Assembly: GCA_964016885.1 (NCBI GenBank)
Contig: OZ024741.1
Coordinates: 28,892,001-28,956,000 of the forward strand
Source of the DNA: Eledone cirrhosa
Lineage: Eukaryota
Reading direction: 5' to 3'
Length of the DNA stretch: 64,000 nt
Each line of letters begins with the position of its first letter. The stretch's first letter is position 1. Below are positions 15,001-30,000 of this stretch, in pieces. The notes beneath the pieces are model-generated. The model was not told the origin of the DNA. It saw only the letters and a program-made list of their open reading frames with translations, and did no database searches. The translations under genes were made by a program, and so were the position numbers.

Positions 15001-18000
15001 ATTGTCTCAGAGTGCCTGGAGAAGATGTATCTCTTCTGTCTCTAATGTGTGGTGGTGCAGTTATAACAGTGGCACACATTGTCTCAGAGTGCCTGGAGAA
15101 GATGTATCTCCTCTGTGTCTATTGTGTGGTGGTGCAGTTATAACAGTGGCACACATTGTCTCAGAATGTCTGGAGAAGATGTATCTCCTCTGTGTCTATT
15201 GTGTGGTGGTGCAGTTATAACAGTGACACACATTGTCTCAGAGTGTCTGGAGAAGATGTATCTCCTCTGTGTCTATTGTGTGGTGGTGCAGTTATAACAG
15301 TGGCACACATTGTCTCAGAGTGTCTGGAGAAGATGTATCTCCCCTGTGTCTATTGTGTGGTGGTGCAGTTATAACAGTGGCACACATTGCCTCAGAGTGT
15401 CTGGAGAAGATGTATCTCCTCTGTGTCTATTGTGTGGTGGTGCAGTTATAACAGTGGCACACATTGTCTCAGAGTGTCTGGAGAAGATGTATTTCCTTTG
15501 TGTATATTGTGTAGTGGTGCAGTTATAACATTGGCACACATTGTCTCAGAGTGTCTGGAGACGATGTATCTCTTCTGTGTCTATTGTATTGTGTGGTGGT
15601 GCAGTTATAACAGTGGCACACATTGTCTCAGAGTGTCTGGAGAAGATGTATCTCTTCTGTGTCTATTGTATTGTGTGGTGGTGCAGTTATAACAGTGGCA
15701 CACATTGTCTCAGAGTGTCTGGAGAAGATGTATCTCCTCTGTGTCTAATGTGTGGTGGTGCAGTTATAACAGTGGCACACATTGTCTCAGAGTGTCTGGA
15801 GAAGATGTATCTCTTCTGTGTCTATTGTGTGGTGGTGCAGTTATAACAGTGGCACACATTGTCTCAGAGTGTCTGGAGAAGATGTATCTCTTCTGTGTCT
15901 AATGTGTGGTGGTGCAGTTATAACAGTGGCACACATTGTCTCAGAATGTCTGGAGAAGATGTATCTCTTCTGTGTCTAATGTGTGGTGGTGCATTTATAA
16001 CAGTGGCACACATTGTCTCAGAGTGTCTGGAGAAGATGTATCTCTTCTGTCTCTAATGTGTGGTGGTGCAGTTATAACAGTGGCACACATTGTCTCAGAG
16101 TGCCTGGAGAAGATGTATCTCCTCTGTGTCTATTGTGTGGTGGTGCAGTTATAACAGTGGCACACATTGTCTCAGAATGTCTGGAGAAGATGTATCTCCT
16201 CTGTGTCTATTGTGTAGTGGTGCAGTTATAACAGTGGCATACATTGTCTCAGAGTGTCTGGAGAAGATGTATCTCCTCTGTGTCTATTGTGTGGTGGTGC
16301 AGTTATAACAATGGCATACATTGTCTCAGAGTGTCTGGAGAAGATGTATCTCCTCTGTGTCTATTGTGTAGTGGTGCAGTTATAACAGTGGCATACATTG
16401 TCTCAGAGTGTCTGGAGAAGACGTTTCTCCTCTGTGTCTATTGTGTGGTGGTGCAGTTATAACAGTGGCACACATTGTCTCAGAGTGTCTGCAGAAGATG
16501 TTTCTCCTCTGTGTCTATTGTGTGGTGGTGCAGTTATAACAGTGGCATACATTGTCTCAGAGTGTCTGGAGAAGATGTATCTCCTCTGTGTCTATTGTGT
16601 GGTGGTGCACTTATAACAGTGGCATACATTGTCTCAGAGTGTCTGGAGAAGATGTATCTCCTCTGTGTCTATTGTGTGGTGGTGCAGTTATAACAGTGGA
16701 ACACATTGTCTCAGAGTGTCTGGAGAAGATGTATCTCCTCTGTGTCTATTGTGTGGTGGTGCAGTTATAACAGTGGAACACATTGTCTCAGAGTGTCTGG
16801 AGAAGATGTATCTCCTCTGTGTCTATTGTGTGGTGGTGCAGTTATAACAGTGGAACACATTGCCTCAGCGTGTCTGGAGAAGATGTATCTCCTCTGTGTC
16901 TATTGTGTGGTGGTGCAGTTATAACAGTGGCACACATTGTCTCAGAGTGTCTGAAAAAGATGTATCTCCTCTGTGTCTATTGTGTAGTGGTGCAGTTATA
17001 ACAGTGGCACACATTGTCTCAGAGTGTCTGGAGAAGATGTATCTCCTCTGTGTCTATTGTGTGATGGTGCAGTTATAACAGTGGCACACATTGTCTCAGA
17101 GTGTCTGGAGAAGATGTATCTCCCCTGTGTCTATTGTGTGATGGTGTAGTTATAACAGTGGCACACATTGTCTCAGAGTGTCTGGATAAGATGTATCTCC
17201 TCTGTGTCTATTGTGTGGTGGTGCAGTTATAACAGTGGCTCACATTGTCTCAGAGTGTCTGGAGAAGATGTATCTCTTCTGTGTCTATGGTGTGGTGGTG
17301 CAGTTATAACAGTGGCACACATTGTGTCAGAGTGTCTTGAGAAGATGTATCTCTTCTGTGTCTATTGTGTGGTGGTGCAGTTATAACAGTGGCACACATT
17401 GTCTCAGAGTGTCTGGAGAAGATGTATTTCCTTTGTGTATATTGTGTAGTGGTGCAGTTATAACATTGGCACACATTGTCTCAGAGTGTCTGGAGACGAT
17501 GTATCTCTTCTGTGTCTATTGTATTGTGTGGTGGTGCAGTTATAACAGTGGCACACATTGTCTCAGAGTGTCTGGAGAAGATGTATCTCTTCTGTGTCTA
17601 TTGTATTGTGTGGTGGTGCAGTTATAACAGTGGCACACATTGTCTCAGAGTGTCTGGAGAAGATGTATCTCTTCTGTGTCTAATGTGTGGTGGTGCAGTT
17701 ATAACAGTGGCACACATTGTCTCAGAGTGTCTGGAGAAGATGTATCTCTTCTGTGTCTATTGTGTGGTGGTGCAGTTATAACAGTGGCACACATTGTCTC
17801 AGTGTGCCTGGAGAAGATGTATCTCCTCTGTGTCTATTGTGTGGTGGTGCAGTTATAACAGTGGCACACATTGTCTCAGAATGTCTGGAGAAGATGTATC
17901 TCCTCTGTGTCTATTGTGTGGTGGTGCAGTTATAACAGTGGCACACATTGTCTCAGAATGTCTGGAGAAGATGTATCTCTTCTGTGTCTAATGTGTGGTG

Positions 18001-21000
18001 GTGCAGTTATAACAGTGGCACACATTGTCTCAGAGTGCCTGGAGAAGATGTATCTCTTCTGTCTCTAATGTGTGGTGGTGCAGTTATAACAGTGGCACAC
18101 ATTGTCTCAGAGTGCCTGGAGAAGATGTATCTCCTCTGTGTCTATTGTGTGGTGGTGCAGTTATAACAGTGGCACACATTGTCTCAGAATGTCTGGAGAA
18201 GATGTATCTCTTCTGTGTCTATTGTGTGGTGGTGCACTTATAACAGTGGCATACATTGTCTCAGAGTGTCTGGAGAAGATGTATCTCCTCTGTGTCTATT
18301 GTGTGGTGGTGCAGTTATAACAGTGGAACACATTGTCTCAGAGTGTCTGGAGAAGATGTATCTCCTCTGTGTCTATTGTGTGGTGGTGCAGTTATAACAG
18401 TGGAACACATTGTCTCAGAGTGTCTGGAGAAGATGTATCTCCTCTGTGTCTATTGTGTGGTGGTGCAGTTATAACAGTGGAACACATTGCCTCAGAGTGT
18501 CTGGAGAAGATGTATCTCCTCTGTGTCTATTGTGTGGTGGTGCAGTTATAACAGTGGCACACATTGTCTCAGAGTGTCTGAAAAAGATGTATCTCCTCTG
18601 TGTCTATTGTGTAGTGGTGCAGTTATAACAGTGGCACACATTGTCTCAGAGTGTCTGGAGAAGATGTATCTCCTCTGTGTCTATTGTGTGATGGTGCAGT
18701 TATAACAGTGGCACACATTGTCTCAGAGTGTCTGGAGAAGATGTATCTCCCCTGTGTCTATTGTGTGATGGTGCAGTTATAACAGTGGCACACATTGTCT
18801 CAGAGTGTCTGGATAAGATGTATCTCCTCTGTGTCTATTGTGTGGTGGTGCAGTTATAACAGTGGCTCACATTGTCTCAGAGTGTCTGGAGAAGATGTAT
18901 CTCTTCTGTGTCTATGGTGTGGTGGTGCAGTTATAACAGTGGCACACATTGTCTCAGAGTGTCTTGAGAAGATGTATCTCTTCTGTGTCTATTGTGTGGT
19001 GGTGCAGTTATAACAGTGGCACACATTGTCTCAGAGTGTCTGGAGAAGATGTATTTCCTTTGTGTATATTGTGTAGTGGTGCAGTTATAACATTGGCACA
19101 CATTGTCTCAGAGTGTCTGGAGACGATGTATCTCTTCTGTGTCTATTGTATTGTGTGGTGGTGCAGTTATAACAGTGGCACACATTGTCTCAGAGTGTCT
19201 GGAGAAGATGTATCTCTTCTGTGTCTATTGTATTGTGTGGTGGTGCAGTTATAACAGTGGCACACATTGTCTCAGAGTGTCTGGAGAAGATGTATCTCTT
19301 CTGTGTCTAATGTGTGGTGGTGCAGTTATAACAGTGGCACACATTGTCTCAGAGTGTCTGGAGAAGATGTATCTCTTCTGTGTCTATTGTGTGGTGGTGC
19401 AGTTATAACAGTGGCACACATTGTCTCAGTGTGCCTGGAGAAGATGTATCTCCTCTGTGTCTATTGTGTGGTGGTGCAGTTATAACAGTGGCACACATTG
19501 TCTCAGAATGTCTGGAGAAGATGTATCTCCTCTGTGTCTATTGTGTGGTGGTGCAGTTATAACAGTGGCACACATTGTCTCAGAATGTCTGGAGAAGATG
19601 TATCTCTTCTGTGTCTAATGTGTGGTGGTGCAGTTATAACAGTGGCACACATTGTCTCAGAGTGCCTGGAGAAGATGTATCTCTTCTGTCTCTAATGTGT
19701 GGTGGTGCAGTTATAACAGTGGCACACATTGTCTCAGAGTGCCTGGAGAAGATGTATCTCCTCTGTGTCTATTGTGTGGTGGTGCAGTTATAACAGTGGC
19801 ACACATTGTCTCAGAATGTCTGGAGAAGATGTATCTCCTCTGTGTCTATTGTGTGGTGGTGCAGTTATAACAGTGACACACATTGTCTCAGAGTGTCTGG
19901 AGAAGATGTATCTCCTCTGTGTCTATTGTGTGGTGGTGCAGTTATAACAGTGGCACACATTGTCTCAGAGTGTCTGGAGAAGATGTATCTCCCCTGTGTC
20001 TATTGTGTGGTGGTGCAGTTATAACAGTGGCACACATTGTCTCAGAGTGTCTGGAGAAGATGTATCTCCTCTGTGTCTATTGTGTGGTGGTGCAGTTATA
20101 ACAGTGGCACACATTGTCTCAGAGTGTCTGGAGAAGATGTATCTCCTCTGTGTCTATTGTGTGGTGGTGCAGTTATAACAGTGGCACACATTGTCTCAGA
20201 GTGTCTGGAGAAGATGTATCTCTTCTGTGTCTATTGTGTGTTGGTGCAGTTATAACAGTGGCACACATTGCCTCAGAGTGTCTGGAGAAGATGTATCTCC
20301 TCTGTGTCTATTGTGTAGTGGTGCAGTTATAACAGTGGTATACATTGTCTCAGAGTGTCTGGAGAAGACGTTTCTCCTCTGTGTCTATTGTGTGGTGGTG
20401 CAGTTATAACAGTGGCACACATTGTCTCAGAGTGTCTGGAGAAGATGTATCTCCTCTGTGTCTATTGTGTAGTGGTGCAGTTATAACAGTGGCATACATT
20501 GTCTCAGAGTGTCTGGAGAAGATGTATCTCCTCTGTGTCTATTGTGTCGTGGTGCAGTTATAACAATGGCATACATTGTCTCAGAGTGTCTGGAGAAGAT
20601 GTATCTCCTCTGTGTCTATTGTGTAGTGTTGCAGTTATAACAGTGGCATACATTGTCTCAGAGTGTCTGGAGAAGACGTTTCTCCTCTGTGTCTATTGTG
20701 TGGTGGTGCAGTTATAACAGTGGCACACATTGTCTCAGAGTGTCTGGAGAAGATGTTTCTCCTCTTTGTCTATTGTGTGGTGGTGCAGTTATAACAGTGG
20801 CATACATTGTCTCAGAGTGTCTGGAGAAGATGTATCTCCTCTGTGTCTATTGTGTGGTGGTGCAGTTATAACAGTGGCATACATTGTCTCAGAGTGTCTG
20901 GAGAAGATGTATCTCCTCTGTGTCTATTGTGTGGTGGTGCAGTTATAACAGTGGAACACATTGTCTCAGAGTGTCTGGAGAAGATGTATCTCCTCTGTGT

Positions 21001-24000
21001 CTATTGTGTGGTGGTGCAGTTATAACCGTGGAACACATTGTCTCAGAGTGTCTGGAGAAGATGTATCTCCTCTGTGTCTATTGTGTGGTGGTGCAGTTAT
21101 AACAGTGGAACACATTGCCTCAGAGTGTCTGGAGAAGATGTATCTCCTCTGTGTCTATTGTGTGGTGGTGCAGTTATAACAGTGGCACACATTGTCTCAG
21201 AGTGTCTGAAAAAGATGTATCTCCTCTGTGTCTATTGTGTAGTGGTGCAGTTATAACAGTGGCACACATTGTCTCAGAGTGTCTGGAGAAGATGTATCTC
21301 CTCTGTGTCTATTGTGTGATGGTGCAGTTATAACAGTGGCACACATTGTCTCAGAGTGTCTGGAGAAGATGTATCTCCCCTGTGTCTATTGTGTGATGGT
21401 GCAGTTATAACAGTGGCACACATTGTCTCAGAGTGTCTGGATAAGATGTATCTCCTCTGTGTCTATTGTGTGGTGGTGCAGTTATAACAGTGGCTCACAT
21501 TGTCTCAGAGTGTCTGGAGAAGATGTATCTCTTCTGTGTCTATGGTGTGGTGGTGCAGTTATAACAGTGGCACACATTGTCTCAGAGTGTCTTGAGAAGA
21601 TGTATCTCTTCTGTGTCTATTGTGTGGTGGTGCAGTTATAACAGTGGCACACATTGTCTCAGAGTGTCTGGAGAAGATGTATCTCTTCTGTCTCTAATGT
21701 GTGGTGGTGCAGTTATAACAGTGGCACACATTGTCTCAGAGTGCCTGGAGAAGATGTATCTCCTCTGTGTCTATTGTGTGGTGGTGCAGTTATAACAGTG
21801 GCACACATTGTCTCAGAATGTCTGGAGAAGATGTATCTCCTCTGTGTCTATTGTGTAGTGGTGCAGTTATAACAGTGGCATACATTGTCTCAGAGTGTCT
21901 GGAGAAGATTAATCTCCTCTGTGTCTATTGTGTCGTGGTGCAGTTATAACAATGGCATACATTGTCTCAGAGTGTCTGGAGAAGATGTATCTCCTCTGTG
22001 TCTATTGTGTAGTGGTGCAGTTATAACAGTGGCATACATTGTCTCAGAGTGTCTGGAGAAGACGTTTCTCCTCTGTGTCTATTGTGTGGTGGTGCAGTTA
22101 TAACAGTGGCACACATTGTCTCAGAGTGTCTGCAGAAGATGTTTCTCCTCTGTGTCTATTGTGTGGTGGTGCAGTTATAACAGTGGCATACATTGTCTCA
22201 GAGTGTCTGGAGAAGATGTATCTCCTCTGTGTCTATTGTGTGGTGGTGCAGTTATAACAGTGGCATACATTGTCTCAGAGTGTCTGGAGAAGATGTATCT
22301 CCTCTGTGTCTATTGTGTGGTGGTGCAGTTATAACAGTGGAACACATTGTCTCAGAGTGTCTGGAGAAGATGTATCTCCTCTGTGTCTATTGTGTGGTGG
22401 TGCAGTTATAACAGTGGAACACATTGTCTCAGAGTGTCTGGAGAAGATGTATCTCCTCTGTGTCTATTGTGTGGTGGTGCAGTTATAACAGTGGAACAGA
22501 TTGCCTCAGAGTGTCTGGAGAAGATGTATCTCCTCTGTGTCTATTGTGTGGTGGTGCAGTTATAACAGTGGCACACATTGTCTCAGAGTGTCTGAAAAAG
22601 ATGTATCTCCTCTGTGTCTATTGTGTAGTGGTGCAGTTATAACAATGGCACACATTGTCTCGGAGTGTCTGGAGAAGATGTATCTCCTCTGTGTCTATTG
22701 TGTGATGGTGCAGTTATAACAGTGGCACACATTGTCTCAGAGTGTCTGGAGAAGATGTATCTCCCCTGTGTCTATTGAGTGATGGTGCAGTTATAACAGT
22801 GGCACACATTGTCTCAGAGTGTCTGGATAAGATGTATCTCCTCTGTGTCTATTGTGTGGTGGTGCAGTTATAACAGTGGCTCACATTGTCTCAGAGTGTC
22901 TGGAGAAGATGTATCTCTTCTGTGTCTATGGTGTGGTGGTGCAGTTATAACAGTGGCACACATTGTCTCAGAGTGTCTTGAGAAGATGTATCTCTTCTGT
23001 GTCTATTGTGTGGTGGTGCAGTTATAACAGTGGCATACATTGTCTCAGAGTGTCTGGAGAAGATGTATTTCCTTTGTGTATATATTGTGTAGTGGTGCAG
23101 TTATAACATTGGCACACATTGTCTCAGAGTGTCTGGAGACGATGTATCTCTTCTGTGTCTATTGTATTGTGTGGTGGTGCAGTTATAACAGTGGCACACA
23201 TTGTCTCAGAGTGTCTGGAGAAGATGTATCTCTTCTGTGTCTATTGTATTGTGTGGTGGTGCAGTTATAACAGTGGCACACATTGTCTCAGAGTGTCTGG
23301 AGAAGATGTATCTCTTCTGTGTCTAATGTGTGGTGGTGCAGTTATAACAGTGGCACACATTGTCTCAGAGTGTCTGGAGAAGATGTATCTTTTCTGTGTC
23401 TATTGTGTGGTGGTGCAGTTATAACAGTGGCACACATTGTCTCAGTGTGCCTGGAGAAGATGTATCTCCTCTGTGTCTATTGTGTGGTGGTGCAGTTATA
23501 ACAGTGGCACACATTGTCTCAGAATGTCTGGAGAAGATGTATCTCCTCTGTGTCTATTGTGTGGTGGTGCAGTTATAACAGTGGCACACATTGTCTCAGA
23601 ATGTCTGGAGAAGATGTATCTCTTCTGTGTCTAATGTGTGGTGGTGCAGTTATAACAGTGGCACACATTGTCTCAGAGTGCCTGGAGAAGATGTATCTCT
23701 TCTGTCTCTAATGTGTGGTGGTGCAGTTATAACAGTGGCACACATTGTCTCAGAGTGCCTGGAGAAGATGTATCTCCTCTGTGTCTATTGTGTGGTGGTG
23801 CAGTTATAACAGTGGCACACATTGTCTCAGAATGTCTGGAGAAGATCTATCTCCTCTGTGTCTATTGTGTGGTGGTGCAGTTATAACAGTGACACACATT
23901 GTCTCAGAATGTCTGGAGAAGATGTATCTCCTCTGTGTCTATTGTGTGGTGGTGCAGTTATAACAGTGGCACACATTGTCTCAGAGTGTCTGGAGAAGAT

Positions 24001-27000
24001 GTATCTCCCCTGTGTCTATTGTGTGGTGGTGCAGTTATAACAGTGGCACACATTGTCTCACAGTGTCTGGAGAAGATGTATCTCCTCTGTGTCTATTGTG
24101 TGGTGGTGCAGTTATAACAGTGGCACACATTGTCTCAGAGTGTCTGGAGAAGATGTATCTCCTCTGTGTCTATTGTGTGGTGGTGCAGTTATAACAGTGG
24201 CACACATTGTCTCAGAGTGTCTGGAGAAGATGTATCTCTTCTGTGTCTATTGTGTGTTGGTGCAGTTATAACAGTGGCACACATTGCCTCAGAGTGTCTG
24301 GAGAAGATGTATCTCCTCTGTGTCTATTGTGTAGTGGTGCATTTATAACAGTGGCATACATTGTCTCAGAGTGTCTGGAGAGGACGTTTCTCCTCTGTGT
24401 CTATTGTGTGGTGGTGCAGTTATAACAGTGGCACACATTGTCTCAGAGTGTCTGGAGAAGATGTATCTCCTCTGTGTCTATTGTGTAGTGGTGCAGTTAT
24501 AACAGTGGCATACATTGTCTCAGAGTGTCTGGAGAAGATGTATCTCCTCTGTGTCTATTGTGTCGTGGTGCAGTTATAACAATGGCATACATTGTCTCAG
24601 AGTGTCTGGAGAAGATGTATCTCCTCTGTGTCTATTGTGTAGTGGTGCAGTTATAACAGTGGCATACATTGTCTCAGAGTGTCTGGAGAAGACGTTTCTC
24701 CTCTGTGTCTATTGTGTGGTGGTGCAGTTATAACAGTGGCACACATTGTCTCAGAGTGTCTGGAGAAGATGTTTCTCCTCTTTGTCTATTGTGTGGTGGT
24801 GCAGTTATAACAGTGGCATACATTGTCTCAGAGTGTCTGGAGAAGATGTATCTCCTCTGTGTCTATTGTGTGGTGGTGCAGTTATAACAGTGGCATACAT
24901 TGTCTCAGAGTGTCTGGAGAAGATGTATCTCCTCTGTGTCTATTGTGTGGTGGTGCAGTTATAACAGTGGAACACATTGTCTCAGAGTGTCTGGAGAAGA
25001 TGTATCTCCTCTGTGTCTATTGTGTGGTGGTGCAGTTATAACAGTGGAACACATTGTCTCAGAGTGTCTGGAGAAGATGTATCTCCTCTGTGTCTATTGT
25101 GTGGTGGTGCAGTTATAACAGTGGAACACATTGCCTCAGAGTGTCTGGAGAAGATGTATCTCCTCTGTGTCTATTGTGTGGTGGTGCAGTTATAACAGTG
25201 GCACACATTGTCTCAGAGTGTCTGAAAAAGATGTATCTCCTCTGTGTCTATTGTGTAGTGGTGCAGTTATAACAGTGGCACACATTGTCTCAGAGTGTCT
25301 GGAGAAGATGTATCTCCTCTGTGTCTATTGTGTGATGGTGCAGTTATAACAGTGGCACACATTGTCTCAGAGTGTCTGGAGAAGATGTATCTCCCCTGTG
25401 TCTATTGTGTGATGGTGCAGTTATAACAGTGGCACACATTGTCTCAGAGTGTCTGGATAAGATGTATCTCCTCTGTGTCTATTGTGTGGTGGTGCAGTTA
25501 TAACAGTGGCTCACATTGTCTCAGAGTGTCTGGAGAAGATGTATCTCTTCTGTGTCTATGGTGTGGTGGTGCAGTTATAACAGTGGCACACATTGTCTCA
25601 GAGTGTCTTGAGAAGATGTATCTCTTCTGTGTCTATTGTGTGGTGGTGCAGTTATAACAGTGGCACACATTGTCTCAGAGTGTCTGGAGAAGATGTATCT
25701 CTTCTGTCTCTAATGTGTGGTGGTGCAGTTATAACAGTGGCACACATTGTCTCAGAGTGCCTGGAGAAGATGTATCTCCTCTGTGTCTATTGTGTGGTGG
25801 TGCAGTTATAACAGTGGCACACATTGTCTCAGAATGTCTGGAGAAGATGTATCTCCTCTGTGTCTATTGTGTAGTGGTGCAGTTATAACAGTGGCATACA
25901 TTGTCTCAGAGTGTCTGGAGAAGATTAATCTCCTCTGTGTCTATTGTGTCGTGGTGCAGTTATAACAATGGCATACATTGTCTCAGAGTGTCTGGAGAAG
26001 ATGTATCTCCTCTGTGTCTATTGTGTAGTGGTGCAGTTATAACAGTGGCATACATTGTCTCAGAGTGTCTGGAGAAGACGTTTCTCCTCTGTGTCTATTG
26101 TGTGGTGGTGCAGTTATAACAGTGGCACACATTGTCTCAGAGTGTCTGCAGAAGATGTTTCTCCTCTGTGTCTATTGTGTGGTGGTGCAGTTATAACAGT
26201 GGCATACATTGTCTCAGAGTGTCTGGAGGAGATGTATCTCCTCTGTGTCTATTGTGTGGTGGTGCAGTTATAACAGTGGCATACATTGTCTCAGAGTGTC
26301 TGGAGAAGATGTATCTCCTCTGTGTCTATTGTGTGGTGGTGCAGTTATAACAGTGGAACACATTGTCTCAGAGTGTCTGGAGAAGATGTATCTCCTCTGT
26401 GTCTATTGTGTGGTGGTGCAGTTATAACAGTGGAACACATTGTCTCAGAGTGTCTGGAGAAGATGTATCTCCTCTGTGTCTATTGTGTGGTGGTGCAGTT
26501 ATAACAGTGGCATACATTGTCTCAGAGTGTCTGGAGAAGATGTATTTCCTTTGTGTATATATTGTGTAGTGGTGCAGTTATAACATTGGCACACATTGTC
26601 TCAGAGTGTCTGGAGACGATGTATCTCTTCTGTGTCTATTGTATTGTGTGGTGGTGCAGTTATAACAGTGGCACACATTGTCTCAGAGTGTCTGGAGAAG
26701 ATGTATCTCTTCTGTGTCTATTGTATTGTGTGGTGGTGCAGTTATAACAGTGGCACACATTGTCTCAGAGTGTCTGGAGAAGATGTATCTCTTCTGTGTC
26801 TAATGTGTGGTGGTGCAGTTATAACAGTGGCACACATTGTCTCAGAGTGTCTGGAGAAGATGTATCTTTTCTGTGTCTATTGTGTGGTGGTGCAGTTATA
26901 ACAGTGGCACACATTGTCTCAGTGTGCCTGGAGAAGATGTATCTCCTCTGTGTCTATTGTGTGGTGGTGCAGTTATAACAGTGGCACACATTGTCTCAGA

Positions 27001-30000
27001 ATGTCTGGAGAAGATGTATCTCCTCTGTGTCTATTGTGTGGTGGTGCAGTTATAACAGTGGCACACATTGTCTCAGAATGTCTGGAGAAGATGTATCTCT
27101 TCTGTGTCTAATGTGTGGTGGTGCAGTTATAACAGTGGCACACATTGTCTCAGAGTGCCTGGAGAAGATGTATCTCTTCTGTCTCTAATGTGTGGTGGTG
27201 CAGTTATAACAGTGGCACACATTGTCTCAGAGTGCCTGGAGAAGATGTATCTCCTCTGTGTCTATTGTGTGGTGGTGCAGTTATAACAGTGGCACACATT
27301 GTCTCAGAATGTCTGGAGAAGATGTATCTCCTCTGTGTCTATTGTGTGGTGGTGCAGTTATAACAGTGACACACATTGTCTCAGAATGTCTGGAGAAGAT
27401 GTATCTCCTCTGTGTCTATTGTGTGGTGGTGCAGTTATAACAGTGGCACACATTGTCTCAGAGTGTCTGGAGAAGATGTATCTCCCCTGTGTCTATTGTG
27501 TGGTGGTGCAGTTATAACAGTGGCACACATTGTCTCACAGTGTCTGGAGAAGATGTATCTCCTCTGTGTCTATTGTGTGGTGGTGCAGTTATAACAGTGG
27601 CACACATTGTCTCAGAGTGTCTGGAGAAGATGTATCTCCTCTGTGTCTATTGTGTGGTGGTGCAGTTATAACAGTGGCACACATTGTCTCAGAGTGTCTG
27701 GAGAAGATGTATCTCTTCTGTGTCTATTGTGTGTTGGTGCAGTTATAACAGTGGCACACATTGCCTCAGAGTGTCTGGAGAAGATGTATCTCCTCTGTGT
27801 CTATTGTGTAGTGGTGCATTTATAACAGTGGCATACATTGTCTCAGAGTGTCTGGAGAGGACGTTTCTCCTCTGTGTCTATTGTGTGGTGGTGCAGTTAT
27901 AACAGTGGCACACATTGTCTCAGAGTGTCTGGAGAAGATGTATCTCCTCTGTGTCTATTGTGTAGTGGTGCAGTTATAACAGTGGCATACATTGTCTCAG
28001 AGTGTCTGGAGAAGATGTATCTCCTCTGTGTCTATTGTGTCGTGGTGCAGTTATAACAATGGCATACATTGTCTCAGAGTGTCTGGAGAAGATGTATCTC
28101 CTCTGTGTCTATTGTGTAGTGGTGCAGTTATAACAGTGGCATACATTGTCTCAGAGTGTCTGGAGAAGACGTTTCTCCTCTGTGTCTATTGTGTGGTGGT
28201 GCAGTTATAACAGTGGCACACATTGTCTCAGAGTGTCTGGAGAAGATGTTTCTCCTCTTTGTCTATTGTGTGGTGGTGCAGTTATAACAGTGGCATACAT
28301 TGTCTCAGAGTGTCTGGAGAAGATGTATCTCCTCTGTGTCTATTGTGTGGTGGTGCAGTTATAACAGTGGCATACATTGTCTCAGAGTGTCTGGAGAAGA
28401 TGTATCTCCTCTGTGTCTATTGTGTGGTGGTGCAGTTATAACAGTGGAACACATTGTCTCAGAGTGTCTGGAGAAGATGTATCTCCTCTGTGTCTATTGT
28501 GTGGTGGTGCAGTTATAACAGTGGAACACATTGTCTCAGAGTGTCTGGAGAAGATGTATCTCCTCTGTGTCTATTGTGTGGTGGTGCAGTTATAACAGTG
28601 GAACACATTGCCTCAGAGTGTCTGGAGAAGATGTATCTCCTCTGTGTCTATTGTGTGGTGGTGCAGTTATAACAGTGGCACACATTGTCTCAGAGTGTCT
28701 GAAAAAGATGTATCTCCTCTGTGTCTATTGTGTAGTGGTGCAGTTATAACAGTGGCACACATTGTCTCAGAGTGTCTGGAGAAGATGTATCTCCTCTGTG
28801 TCTATTGTGTGATGGTGCAGTTATAACAGTGGCACACATTGTCTCAGAGTGTCTGGAGAAGATGTATCTCCCCTGTGTCTATTGTGTGATGGTGCAGTTA
28901 TAACAGTGGCACACATTGTCTCAGAGTGTCTGGATAAGATGTATCTCCTCTGTGTCTATTGTGTGGTGGTGCAGTTATAACAGTGGCTCACATTGTCTCA
29001 GAGTGTCTGGAGAAGATGTATCTCTTCTGTGTCTATGGTGTGGTGGTGCAGTTATAACAGTGGCACACATTGTCTCAGAGTGTCTTGAGAAGATGTATCT
29101 CTTCTGTGTCTATTGTGTGGTGGTGCAGTTATAACAGTGGCACACATTGTCTCAGAGTGTCTGGAGAAGATGTATCTCTTCTGTCTCTAATGTGTGGTGG
29201 TGCAGTTATAACAGTGGCACACATTGTCTCAGAGTGCCTGGAGAAGATGTATCTCCTCTGTGTCTATTGTGTGGTGGTGCAGTTATAACAGTGGCACACA
29301 TTGTCTCAGAATGTCTGGAGAAGATGTATCTCCTCTGTGTCTATTGTGTAGTGGTGCAGTTATAACAGTGGCATACATTGTCTCAGAGTGTCTGGAGAAG
29401 ATTAATCTCCTCTGTGTCTATTGTGTCGTGGTGCAGTTATAACAATGGCATACATTGTCTCAGAGTGTCTGGAGAAGATGTATCTCCTCTGTGTCTATTG
29501 TGTAGTGGTGCAGTTATAACAGTGGCATACATTGTCTCAGAGTGTCTGGAGAAGACGTTTCTCCTCTGTGTCTATTGTGTGGTGGTGCAGTTATAACAGT
29601 GGCACACATTGTCTCAGAGTGTCTGCAGAAGATGTTTCTCCTCTGTGTCTATTGTGTGGTGGTGCAGTTATAACAGTGGCATACATTGTCTCAGAGTGTC
29701 TGGAGGAGATGTATCTCCTCTGTGTCTATTGTGTGGTGGTGCAGTTATAACAGTGGCATACATTGTCTCAGAGTGTCTGGAGAAGATGTATCTCCTCTGT
29801 GTCTATTGTGTGGTGGTGCAGTTATAACAGTGGAACACATTGTCTCAGAGTGTCTGGAGAAGATGTATCTCCTCTGTGTCTATTGTGTGGTGGTGCAGTT
29901 ATAACAGTGGAACACATTGTCTCAGAGTGTCTGGAGAAGATGTATCTCCTCTGTGTCTATTGTGTGGTGGTGCAGTTATAACAGTGGAACAGATTGCCTC